DNA of 61,115 nucleotides, filler included. It is 7 parts of 7 records of this genome, joined end to end, with 100 filler letters (N's around TTAATTAATTAA, not from the genome) between each part and the next. Parts side by side here need not be neighbours in the genome. Positions count along the whole stretch, not along the records: positions 45,650 to 52,830 come from SRR7504441_11313; positions 52,931 to 56,216 come from SRR7504441_11314; positions 56,317 to 61,115 come from SRR7504441_11329; 4 more parts are not named here. One strand, given 5' to 3'. Below are positions 46,342 through 56,808 of this stretch, one piece after another. Every line of letters starts with the position of its first letter. Within the stretch, counting starts at the first letter, position 1. The notes below the pieces were generated by a model. That model saw only the letters and a list, made by a program, of their open reading frames with translations, did not search any database and was not told the DNA's origin. The position numbers and the translations under genes are program-made.

Positions 46342-49300
46342 ATGGAAGAGCTGGCGGCGCTCCGAGGTGCTCCCCCCCGCGCGGTCAGGCCGGCTTAGCT
46401 TGGGGGGCTAGCCGAGTTGGCTCGAGAGCGGGCGAGGGCCGAGGCCGCGCAGGCCGAGCTGGCCCAGATCAAGCAGCCCAGCCCAGCCGTGCCGTCGGCC
46501 GCCAGCCGTGCCGACATGTTCGCCCGGGAGGCCACCGACGAGCTGGCCACCCAGCCCGAGCCGGAGGGCCGCTCGCTCCAGCTCGCCGCGGCGTACACCG
46601 CCCTCCGGCAGGCCGGGCCGATGCGTGAGCCCGAGCTGCTGGCTGTGGCCAACCAGTGGCGCGATACGGCCGGGCTGGGCCTGTGGGACGCGCACAAGGT
46701 GCGGCGGCTGCTGGCCAAGCTGAGCCTGACACCGGACGGGGCGATCACCCCGAACGACTTTGTGCTGCTGTTCGATAAAATGCTCCCGCTCGATCCGGTC
46801 GAGTTCGAACGCGTGCTCGCCCGGTGGCGGCAGATGGCTCCCGCTCAGGCCGCCCCGGCCCAACCGGTGCCGGTGCGGGTTGAGCAGTCCGGTGCGAGCG
46901 AGCGGCGGGTGCTCCAGCTGCAATTCGTGTTCCGCGAGTTTGACCTGGACGGGAACGGCACGATCGAGGCTTCGGAGTTGCTCGAGCTAGGCAAGACTCG
47001 TAGGGCGATGGGCCAGAGGCAGGACTTGTGGAGCCCGGAGAAGAATATGCGGGCGGTGGCTCGGATGGACACGGACGGGGACGGGCGGGTCTCCATGAGC
47101 GAGTTTGTCAAGCATTATGAGAAAGTGCTCCCTCGCGATCCGGACGAATTTGATGCCGAGATCGAGAACTTTATGGGGGTCGCGCGCAACTGCCGGGCCC
47201 GGCTGGCACAGCGGCAGGAGCAGCACCTCTCCCGGAAGAGCGTCCGGCTGGGCAAGCTCGAAGAGGTGTTCTCGGCGCTTGATAGGTCGGGGACTGGGCG
47301 GGTCTCGGCCTCGGAGTTGCTCGAGCTAGCCAACGGTGAAGGAAGCTGGACCCCAGGGAAGAACATGCGGGCGGTGGCCCAGTTGGACACTGATCTGGCC
47401 GGCTGCGTGAGTCAGCACCAGTTTGTGACTCATTACGAGCGGGTATCGGACATTGCAGCGTGGGCGGCTGACGTCGTAGGGCAGGTGCTGCCGGTGAGTG
47501 AGCTGGAATTTGATCATGAAGTGGCCGGATTCCTGCAGATCGCCAGCGCGCGGGGCAAATCGTCCCCTCGGAGCAAGCCCGCGCTCACAGTGTCAGTGCC
47601 CCCGCACGGAGCTGACGACCCGAATCAGGTCCGAGCAGCCTGTTGGTGTGTGCTTAGCGCTATTCAGGTGAGCTTCTCTCCTGTGGGCCTCGGCTCGCCA
47701 GCAAGCGACTACGCCGAAGACGTCGACGAGCGGACCGGAGTCGCGGAGGAGGCGGCAGCGTACAGTCGACTGGCCGGGTCGCTGGGGGACAAGCTGGCCA
47801 ACAAGTATAGCCCGGTTAGGCACTGGGGAATGACCTATGGTGGCAGGGGCTCTGGGATGCCTGTATACGAGTGGCTTAAGCAGCACTCGCTGGAGCAGTA
47901 TGCGGGCAAGCTGCAGGCTGAAGGGTTTGAGACGCTCGACTCGCTCAGTCAGCTGAGCGACCAGGCACAGGCTGATGCGAGCTGTGCTGATGGGCGGGAC
48001 AGGACATGAGGGAATTGGGAATAAGGATGGCACATCGGAAGGCCCTTGCTAAACTACTCCCGGAGCTTCAGAGCGACCCAGTCGAGGCGGTGCAGGCGCA
48101 GTTGGAGCTTCAAGTGACGGGAGAGACAAAGGATAGCATCAAGGCCGGGCTGCTGCGACAGCAAATGGACGGCCGGATCAGCCCTGCACTGCAGAACAAG
48201 ATCAAGGCCGGACTGGACGCTTATCAGTCGAGCCCGGACCCCCCGGCCGAAGAGCGAGTGGCTGACGATCCAGGCCCGGCGCGGTCGCCAAGTCCGGCGG
48301 CCGTCAAGTTAGTCTCCAAGCTGGCCGAGCTTGGGTGACTCACTATGGTTGGCTGGTTAAGCCGCAGACAGGTTGGTTAAGGAGGCGGCGGAGGTGTCGA
48401 GCGTGCTCTCACCCAGGCCACAGACGGAAAGCGGGTCGCTAGACGATAAGCTGAAAGAGCTCGGGTAACGCACAGCGTGGGTAGCGTCTGATGGTGGGCT
48501 CAGACTGGCTGATGTGCCTGCGAGCCTAGAGTCGACAGATGCGCCCAAGAGGGCAGCACTCCCGGCAGGCCCGGCAGGCCAGCTGCTGATCAAGAAACTG
48601 GCAGAGCTGGGGTATGCCCCTGACTGCACGGGTGCTTACCCGGTGCAGGCTGGCCAGTGAAGCTGCTGCTGTGGCTTCTGTAATGCACTCAGAGGTCCCT
48701 CCCACGGTCTCACAGCCAGCTCCCACAACGGAACCGGACCCGTCGCCAGTCAAGCAAGTTGACCGGACAGCGGCGCTGGTCAAGCTCATGCAGCAAGCCG
48801 GGCTGGTGGTGGAGAAGCTGCCAAAGCACAGCCCGCCCCCGCCCACTCCCGTGCTCAACCTGTCTGGCTTGGACGGGCTCACCCCTGTCAAGACTCCGAC
48901 CCGACCGGTTCCGATGCTCAATCTGTCCCAATTTGACAAGACCGCCAGCGCCAAAACCGCCCCGCTGCACCGAACCCCGCCGCAGGCTTCCCCGGCTGCT
49001 GAGCCCTCGATGCACAAGCCGCTCTCGTCAGTAGAGTTGGAGATGATGGAGCAACAGGTGAGCCCCCCTGACTGGCTATCGCTCACCTGATCTGGGCAGG
49101 TCGCGCAGCTCGAGGCAGACCTAGGCGCCGCCCGGCGGCTGGGCCACCCGCACGCCTGGTCCTCGCTGGCCCCGGCCTGGGTCCGACAATTTTGCACACT
49201 GTCTGAGAGGCTTTCTTCGTCGCCTGGGCCTCTCGCACAAGCCCAGAGCAACGCGCTCGTGACGCCTCGTGGGGCCACCGCTCGGCTGGCCCAGCTGCAG

Positions 49301-49973
49301 AAGGCGGTCGAGCAGGCCAGAAGGGGCCCGTCGCTAGTCCACACGCTCCGGCAGTGCGTGCACCCCTTGCTGTGCCGACTGAGCCCCGGTGCAGGTCGTC
49401 GGAATCGCTGGCCGCTCAAGCCAAGCCAGCCGCTAGCACTAACGAGCCGGCTTCACACCCGGAGAGCGCAGAGGCTGAGCCCAGCCAGGTGTGGGCTAGC
49501 TGCCGGGTTGTGATGGCAGTGTGCAGACCGGGCTCACGCAGCGGCTGGAAGGCCACCATGGTGTCGGGTTTGCGCCTCGCCGGACCGGGCCTGCGGACAG
49601 TCAGACTGCGCCAGTGTACGGACAGCGCTACTTGGAGCTGGTCTCACGGAGCATGAACACTCCGCGAGGGCTGACGGTGACCCCTCTGAGCGAGATGCTC
49701 ATGCCACTCCCCACCCCGCGCGAGTCGCCAAGGGTGCACTACACACCAGCTGCCACTCCGAGGGAGCAGAGCACGGCGCCATTCGCCACCGTGTCGCCAC
49801 AGAGTCAGGCTCACGCCAACGCGGCGCTGTCGTTCCTGAGCACTCGCAGCACAGATGGGCACTTTTACAACGCTGCTGCAGCAGGCACTACGGAGGGATC
49901 CGGGGAGCGTATTTGGAAGCCCTCAACCCAAAGCTACGAGGGTGCGGCAAGGGAATACCACGCACACAGATAG
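46342..49973 (+). CDS. EF-hand + SAM domain protein with low-complexity tail; multi-exon
   Basis: DLDGNGTIEASE, DTDGDGRVSMSE, DRSGTGRVSASE EF loops. VYEWLKQHSLEQYAGKL...ELGIRMAHRKAL SAM domain. Many short introns. Confidence 0.72.
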
Positions 49974-50123
49974 TTACTCGTCTGGACAGCAGAGTGAACA
50001 CAGATAGAAGCAGTGATTATGCAGCCATGATTGAATAAAGCTTCTTTATAAGTTAGCTTCGCATTTTTGTGACAATTTTAAACACAGATGACACGCTGGA
50101 TCGACGATACTGCTTCTGTGCAG

Positions 50124-50601
50124 TCATAACTTGGAGCCGGATGGTTTCTTTTTCGTATAAGTTGCCAGCATATCCGAAAACGAGTAAAACGCCCGCAGGC
50201 TGGTGAGCTTGCCGCCATTGTCCACCTTGTACACAGCCACTAGGCTGGTGGTTGTCTGATACCCGTTGGGCAGCGTGGTGACGATCCGGCCCACATTGGC
50301 CACCTCGTCCCCAAACCCTGACTCATACCAGGTGGGAAAGTCAAACACAAAGCTGTTGGGCTCGATGTTGTTGTCCCAGAACTCGGCCAGCTTGTGCTTG
50401 CCCCGGTGCCCGCGCCCCTCCTCGTCCAGCGGCGACGGGCCCACCTGCCGGGGATCAGGCCACCGGCGGGCGCGGCAACACCGGATCCTCGACGCAGGCG
50501 TCCTCGGCGAACAGGGCCAGCCACTCGGCCCGCCGCTTGCCCTCAACCGCCCGCCAGGAGGCCCGGCTGGCCCGCCAGGCCGCGCCGTGCTCAGTGGCCA
50601 T
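50124..50601 (-). CDS. SnoaL/NTF2-like (ketosteroid-isomerase-like) protein, 2 exons
   Basis: WLALFAEDACVEDP-VGPSPLDEEGRGHRG...FWD...LRAFY after removing intron 50445-50481. Confidence 0.82.
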
Positions 50602-50683
50602 GAGCGATCAGTAACGGAACAGCTGATGACGAGATAGCAGGACCCGTCTTCTCGAAGGCAAAGAGCTGGACCGCCGCCTCGAC

Positions 50684-51736
50684 ATGAGCGCTTCTGATCA
50701 GAGCGCGGACACGGCCAGCTCGGCGGCGGCCGAGCGGCGGGCGTACGAACAGCTCAAGAGCGGGCTGCTCTCGCGGGGCGCGCCCAGGAAGCATCTGGAC
50801 TCTTGCCAGAGCCTATCGGAGCTCAGAGAGCTTGGTCTCAAGTCTGGGCTCCTGGTGGCCCGACCGGCCTCGGCGGCTGTCCGGCTCACACGCAAGCGCC
50901 GGCGCAAGGAGGCCGAGCCGGCCGGCAGCGAGCACGGCCGGCCGCTCAATGGCAACGAGCTGCTTGATCGTTGGCGGGCCAACCGGGCCAGCCTGCCGTC
51001 GGACTTTGGGCGGCTGCTCGACCCGAGCCTGGGGGATCAGCGGCGAGGCGACCTGTTCGAGGCGGAGGACGAGCAGGCGATGGACCAGTTCGCCTGGGCC
51101 ATACCGGATGAGAAGGCGCTCCGGGCGTGCGCCGCGTTCAGTCCGATCGTCGAGATGGGCGCCGGGGCAGGGTACTGGGCGCGGCTGCTCCGGGAGATGG
51201 GGGCGGTGGTGCACCCGTTCGACTGCGCCGTCGGACCGGACACTTGCGCGGCCGGGGTGCTGGCCGCGCCTTGGACCTCTGTCCGTCGAGGCGGGCCGGA
51301 GAAGCTCTCGAGATTCAGCGACTGTGCGCTGCTGCTGATTTACCCTGACGACCTCGAGAGTCCGGACGGACCAGATCCGCCGCGGGTGCCGCTGTCGGTT
51401 GCGTCGCTGGAGAATTACAAGGGCGACACGGTTATTCATGTAGGCGAGTGGCTGGGCGAGACAGTCACATTGTCCATGGAGGGCCAAGCCACTGGAGACA
51501 TCCAATACCCTTGGGGCCGAAGCACAGACCCCAGCTTCCAGGTGCAGCTCTGCGCACAATTCCACAAAGTACTCCAACTGCCGCTGCCAAACTGGGGCAG
51601 TGTGAGGAATAGTCTAACGGTGTGGAAGAGGACAGCGACAGTGCTGTTAGGGGGAGAGGACAGGTACGGCTACGTGCCTGAAGAGGAGCGCATTGTGGTC
51701 GCAACGGCGGCACCTTGCATGCAACACCTGCTCTAG
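50684..51736 (+). CDS. Class I SAM-dependent methyltransferase-like protein
   Basis: FAWAIPD...IVEMGAGAGYWARLL motif I, ALLLIYP, YKGDTVIHVGE. Confidence 0.72.
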   Translation: MSASDQSADTASSAAAERRAYEQLKSGLLSRGAPRKHLDSCQSLSELRELGLKSGLLVARPASAAVRLTRKRRRKEAEPAGSEHGRPLNGNELLDRWRANRASLPSDFGRLLDPSLGDQRRGDLFEAEDEQAMDQFAWAIPDEKALRACAAFSPIVEMGAGAGYWARLLREMGAVVHPFDCAVGPDTCAAGVLAAPWTSVRRGGPEKLSRFSDCALLLIYPDDLESPDGPDPPRVPLSVASLENYKGDTVIHVGEWLGETVTLSMEGQATGDIQYPWGRSTDPSFQVQLCAQFHKVLQLPLPNWGSVRNSLTVWKRTATVLLGGEDRYGYVPEEERIVVATAAPCMQHLL

Positions 51737-51786
51737 CTAGACGTGAATACGTAATAAACTGTGCAGAGCTATACTTATATCTACAA

Positions 51787-52830
51787 CTACATGATAACAC
51801 AACAGCCGCCACTATCCTTGCCGCTCTCGCCCTTACTAACTCTTCTGTACACGATTTGATTGCGGCCAGCCACCTCCCGTGTGGCCATCCGCTTCAACCT
51901 CGCCCCCAGCTTATGCATCGAATGCACATACGCCACAGAATTAAACCGCTTCCCGGCCCAGTCTGTCTCCAGCAGTCCGGCCCAGCCCTGCTCGCCCTCC
52001 ACCTGAGACATCAAACTCGCGTTCTCGACCATATCCAGGGCCGGCGGGCTGCTGAACATCTTGGCCTTGCTCGACAGCTCGCGGTTCACCCGGAGCAGTT
52101 TCATGGCGGCCACCTCTTCGCAGCCCACGAACTCATCGAGCACCCGGTCGTGTGCGTCCCAACACTCCGCATACAGCCGCCCTGAGCCCACTCCCCGAGT
52201 GGCCTCCACCAGCATCGGGAGCTGGTCCAGGGACCCTACCGGCCCGTTGGCTGCCGGCAGCAGCCTGTGCAGCCGGAGCATGGCTTCAAATTTGGCCCGG
52301 AATTCATGATCGTGCAGCACAGACGCTGCGCAGTACCGCCGCACCGCCCGCTGCCACGAGCTGCATGCGGCCACCACCAGCGCGTTGGCGCTCCGGAGCG
52401 GGTCCGGCACGCCGTCCGTCTCGGGCTGGTACGCTCGGGAGGACTGCCGCGGCCCGGCCCCGGTGGGGCGTGGCGGGCTGACGGTGGTGACCTGGGCCTG
52501 ATGCCGGATCTTCGCCGCCCTAGCCAGTACCGCGTGCACAGCCGTGTTCCCCTGCCGAATCGCCCGGTTCGCTTCGAGCCGGAGGCCGTTGTAATCGTCC
52601 ATCAGCTCCTCGGCCGCACGCATCGACCCGCCACGGACTGTCCGGGTAGACCGCGAAAAGTGCTGCAGCCCCTGGGATGCCGCCCAGAACCGGCTCACTA
52701 TGCCGTCCAGTCGGCGCACCTGCAGCCGGAGCGGCGGGAGCAGCAGGCACAGCTGGGCGAAGTCGGCGTCGAATTCGAGGTTGGTGAGCTCCGGGATGGC
52801 CGCGCGAGCCCGCGGCCGGCTCACTTTGTC
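51787..52830 (-). CDS. Helical protein ending in a CCaaX prenylation motif (5' truncated)
   Basis: Long open frame terminating SGGCCVIM-stop. Confidence 0.6.
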   Translation of the reverse strand, partial: DKVSRPRARAAIPELTNLEFDADFAQLCLLLPPLRLQVRRLDGIVSRFWAASQGLQHFSRSTRTVRGGSMRAAEELMDDYNGLRLEANRAIRQGNTAVHAVLARAAKIRHQAQVTTVSPPRPTGAGPRQSSRAYQPETDGVPDPLRSANALVVAACSSWQRAVRRYCAASVLHDHEFRAKFEAMLRLHRLLPAANGPVGSLDQLPMLVEATRGVGSGRLYAECWDAHDRVLDEFVGCEEVAAMKLLRVNRELSSKAKMFSSPPALDMVENASLMSQVEGEQGWAGLLETDWAGKRFNSVAYVHSMHKLGARLKRMATREVAGRNQIVYRRVSKGESGKDSGGCCVIM

Positions 52831-52930
52831 NNNNNNNNNNNNNNNNNNNNNNNNNNNNNNNNNNNNNNNNNNNNTTAATTAATTAANNNNNNNNNNNNNN
52901 NNNNNNNNNNNNNNNNNNNNNNNNNNNNNN
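52831..52930. other. Artificial contig-joining spacer
   Basis: 100-nt N-run with TTAATTAATTAA. Confidence 0.97.
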
Positions 52931-53124
52931 CGCCCACCAGAGGGGGATTTGTCGCCGTACCCAGTACTTGTCGCCGTACCCAGCCGTTGCCCAGCTTGAA
53001 AACGTTGCCTTCTTGAAAAAAGATAAAAGATAAAAGAGCATGAGTACAGCAGACTGAGCCTAACTTGCTCTAGTACAGACCTTTCGACCGCAAGTGACCG
53101 CCAGCGTCAATCAGATCTCAGACC

Positions 53125-55563
53125 ATGAGTGGCAGCTCCAGCCCAATGCTGGTACGGATCGCCACCTGCAACCTGAACCAATGGGCGATGGACTTCAAAG
53201 GCAACCTGATCCGAGTGACCGAGTCGATCCGGGAGGCGAAGGCCGCCGGGTGCACCTTCCGAACCGGGCCGGAGCTGGAGCTCACAGGGTATGGCTGCGA
53301 GGACTCTTTCCTGGAACCGGACACGTTCCACCACGCCTGGTGCTCGATGGCCGAGCTGCTCAGTGGGGAGCTCACCGACGGAATACTGTGCGACATAGGG
53401 ATGCCTGTGATCCACCGGGGGGTCTCGTACAATTGCAGGGTGTGGGTGTGCAACCGGAGAGTGATCGGGGTGCGCCCTAAGATGTTCATGGCCCAGGACG
53501 GCAACTACCGCGAGATGCGATACTTCACCCCGTGGCAGCCGGCCCGCGGCGAGTACGCGTTTGGTCAGCTCGAGCAGCTGCAGCTGCCGGAGGCGATCCG
53601 GCGAGTCACCGGTCAGCGCGAGGTGCCGTTTGGGATTTTTGCGGTGCAGACGAACGACACCTGTCTGGCCACCGAGCTGTGCGAGGAGCTGTTCACTCCG
53701 GAGGCCCCGCACATCAAGCTCTCGCTCGCCGGGGTCGAGATCATTGCCAATGGTTCTGGTTCGCACACGCAGCTGCGCAAGCTGGACAAGCGGATTGACC
53801 TGGTGCGAGGGGCCACCTCCAAGGCGGGCGGGGTCTATATGTACGCCAACCAGAAGGGCTGCGATGGCGGTCGGCTCTACTTTGACGGCTGCTGCATGAT
53901 CTGGTCCAACGGGAGCTGCCTGGCGCAGGGCAGCCAGTTCCTCGGACTAGACGAAGTCGAGGTCGTCACTGCCTCTGTTGACCTGAACGACGTCCGGGCC
54001 TTCCGGACAAATTTCATCGCCCGCTCGTTCCAGGCGGCCAAGACTCCGATCGTGAACCGGCTTGCGTGCGACATCTACCTCACCGTCCAGGATCGGATGC
54101 TGACAGTCGCCCCTTCACCGCCGATCGAGCCGTTCCTCCATGACCCGATGGAAGAGATCGCGTTCGGCCCGTCCGGTTGGCTCTGGGACTACCTCCGCCG
54201 ATCTGGCCAGCGGGGCTACTTCCTGCCCCTCTCGGGCGGTGCCGATTCGTCATCGACCGCTGCGCTGGTCGGAATCATGTGCCAGCGAGTGCTCTGGCAG
54301 CTGACCGAGGGCTCCGAGCGGAGCAAGGCGCTGATCTTGGCTGATGTACGCCGGATTACCCGCCGACCGGCGTACACTCCGAGGGATTGGCGTGACCTGT
54401 GTGGCAAGATTTTCACGACCTCCTACATGGCGTCACAGTACTCAGGAGAGGAAACGACATCGCGTGCAATGAAGCTAGCCGAGGCCATAGGCGCCAACCA
54501 CACAGCGATCGCGATCAAGCCGATCACAGATGCGGTGATCAAGACCTACCAGGACGCTCACTTCTACCGAGCCGAGCTTGACAAGAGCAAGGTCAAGCGA
54601 GACCCGCAATTCCACGCTTCGAGCACTGAGGACTTGGCACTTCAGAACATCCAGGCTCGCACCCGGATGGTGATGGCCTATTTCATGTCACAACTGGTCT
54701 GCTGGTCCTCCGACAAGGCGGAGACCACTGGGGACGAGCCCGGTCCGGGTTGGGGCTCTATGCTTGTGCTTGGGTCTGCTAATGTGGACGAAGCTCTTAG
54801 AGGGTCCGGCTCCGAGCATGCTGGGCTGATCTGAGGGCAGATACTATACCAAGTATGACTGCTCGGCTGCTGATATCAACCCGATCGGCGGGATCAACAA
54901 GCGTGACCTCAAGGCCTTCCTCAAGTGGGCAGCCACAGAGCCTCACCCCCTGGTCCAAGGAATGGCCTGTCTAGACGACGTGGCTGAGGCGGTGAGCCCA
55001 CCCGGCGCTGCCTGGCACCAGCTCCTGTGCAGGTGCCGACTGCCGAGCTCCGGCCGGACGAGGAAGGCGAGGCCGACTCGCAGAGCGACGAGAAAGATAT
55101 GGGGATGAGTTATGAGGAGCTGGGTGATCTCGGTTACTGTAGGAAAGTGGAGCACTGTGGACCCCTGTCCACTTTCCTCAAGCTGCGTGCGCTTTGGGCG
55201 CACAAGGAAGGCGAATGGAAGTCTCCGGCCGATAACGACAGTGCAATCACCCCCTCGATACGGGCCAAGGTCCAACCGACCGGCTTTGATGAGAAGGTGG
55301 CCCAGAAAGTCAAGGACTTTTTCTTTTATCATGTGATATCGCGGCACAAAATGACTACTCTCACACCATCATACCACGCCGAGAACTACTCGCCCGATGA
55401 CAACCGTTTCGACTTGCGGCCATTTCTGTGGAACCCAGCGTTTGATGTGCAGTTTGCCGCAATTGATGAACTGGTCGCCGAAGCAAGGGCGCTCAAGCGA
55501 CATGCGGCGGATGACCAGAACGAGACGCCTGATAACGTCAAAAAAATGAAATCAGCAATGTAG
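53125..55563 (+). CDS. NADSYN1: Glutamine-dependent NAD+ synthetase, 3 exons
   Basis: [32 protein letters not shown] (E-K-C triad), [42 protein letters not shown]. Introns 54804-54840 and 54992-55032. Confidence 0.96.
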
Positions 55564-55941
55564 AGTTGATGACATGATCTAGGACATTGACATCCGACGA
55601 ATCGGCCGATCCGAGTATTAGTTAACTGGAGTCTCAGGTGTTAGACGTTAGATTTATTTAATTAAAGGTCTGGTTCACGAGTAGGTCTGCAGGTTGGTTT
55701 ATACATGTAATTTGGTGGAGGCGGATGCCGCCGAGGCGCCTGGGAAAGAACCGATTCCTTACAATCGGTTCCTTTGAGTACTTATTTGAGTACTCCTTTG
55801 GTCAAAATGGTAAAAGAACCGGTTCCTTCACCGACATCGTCTGTTCAAGGTAATGGCATCTCGGGCTACACCCACAGAGATAGGCGCTGGCGCAATACAA
55901 TGTCATAAATTAATTTAATTATGTCATGTACACTGGAGCGT

Positions 55942-56216
55942 TTATGAAAAATTATCAAGTGCGAGCGCCGTGACCGCGAGTAGAGCCACCATGAGCGCTG
56001 AAGTCTTGTACCGATCAACGTCCTCTAGCCCGAACCCGACCGAAATGACCGTGGTAAGAATGAAACTGCAGTTGTACAGCGGCAACACTGTGGACGCATC
56101 TCCCTCCTCAAGCGCAGCGCCAATCAGCCCAATGTTCCCCCAGGTCAATACGCCCGAAGTAAGCCCGAATCCAGCAAGCCCTCGCAGCAGCCCCTGCCAA
56201 TCGTCCCCAGAGGCCG
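55942..56216 (-). CDS. C-terminal part of an EamA/DMT-type membrane transporter (5' truncated)
   Basis: ALEEGDASTVLPLYNCSFILTTVISVGFGLE pattern with three hydrophobic helices. Confidence 0.65.
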
Positions 56217-56316
56217 NNNNNNNNNNNNNNNNNNNNNNNNNNNNNNNNNNNNNNNNNNNNTTAATTAATTAANNNNNNNNNNNNNNNNNNNNNNNNNNNN
56301 NNNNNNNNNNNNNNNN
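56217..56316. other. Artificial contig-joining spacer
   Basis: 100-nt N-run with TTAATTAATTAA. Confidence 0.97.
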
Positions 56317-56759
56317 AGGCGTAGAAGTCTGTGTAGTCCCCGATCTGTGCCGGCAGCACCATCGTCACCGCCGAGGCCGGGTGGAAGGCCGCGTCGCGCA
56401 TCTCGGCGTTGGCCCGGAGCTCCGAATCCGTGGTGAGCAACTGGATCAGCCGAGCCCGGGTCTCGGACCATACTTGCTTCCCGAGGCCCATGAACCCATT
56501 CAGCCTGCCCCAACCATCAACCGATCCGCCCAGCCCCGGCGCACCCGGGCTGCTGGAAGACCCCCCGGCAGGCGGTGGGGAGCAGGGCCTCGATGACCGA
56601 GAGGTCGATGACCGTGTCGCCGATCCTTACCGCGCAGCGCGGCTGCTCGGCGCCGGGCGGCAGGAAGACGCCGTACGGCAGGTTCTGGATCGGGAAGTCG
56701 GAGCCGGCCTCATAGTGCACCCAGCACGGCCCGGACGAGTTGCTCGCTTGTTGTGCCAT
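56317..56759 (-). CDS. FAH: Fumarylacetoacetase, N-terminal part (3' truncated)
   Basis: SDFPIQNLPYGVF, VRIGDTVIDL, LNGFMGLG, LPAQIGDYTDFY; one short intron. Confidence 0.93.
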
Positions 56760-56808
56760 GATGAAGGGCTTGCGTTCTCCCGGGCGCTTCAGCTCGCCAA
56801 CGGACACG

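Noticed and set aside
52949-52983. Duplicated TTGTCGCCGTACCCAG
   Set aside because: Two copies next to a contig end; could be slippage or an assembly artefact, no function supportable
53125-55563. Apparent frameshifts or premature stops in NAD synthetase, SMG1, GH32 and others, suggesting pseudogenes, recoding or an alternative genetic code
   Set aside because: The breaks examined are resolved by short GT-AG or GC-AG introns that restore conserved motifs; TAA, TAG and TGA all serve as real stops
8755-56316. Six identical TTAATTAATTAA motifs inside N-runs as a biological repeat
   Set aside because: Identical 100-nt constructs with stops in all frames are assembly concatenation linkers; ORFs containing X runs are artefacts
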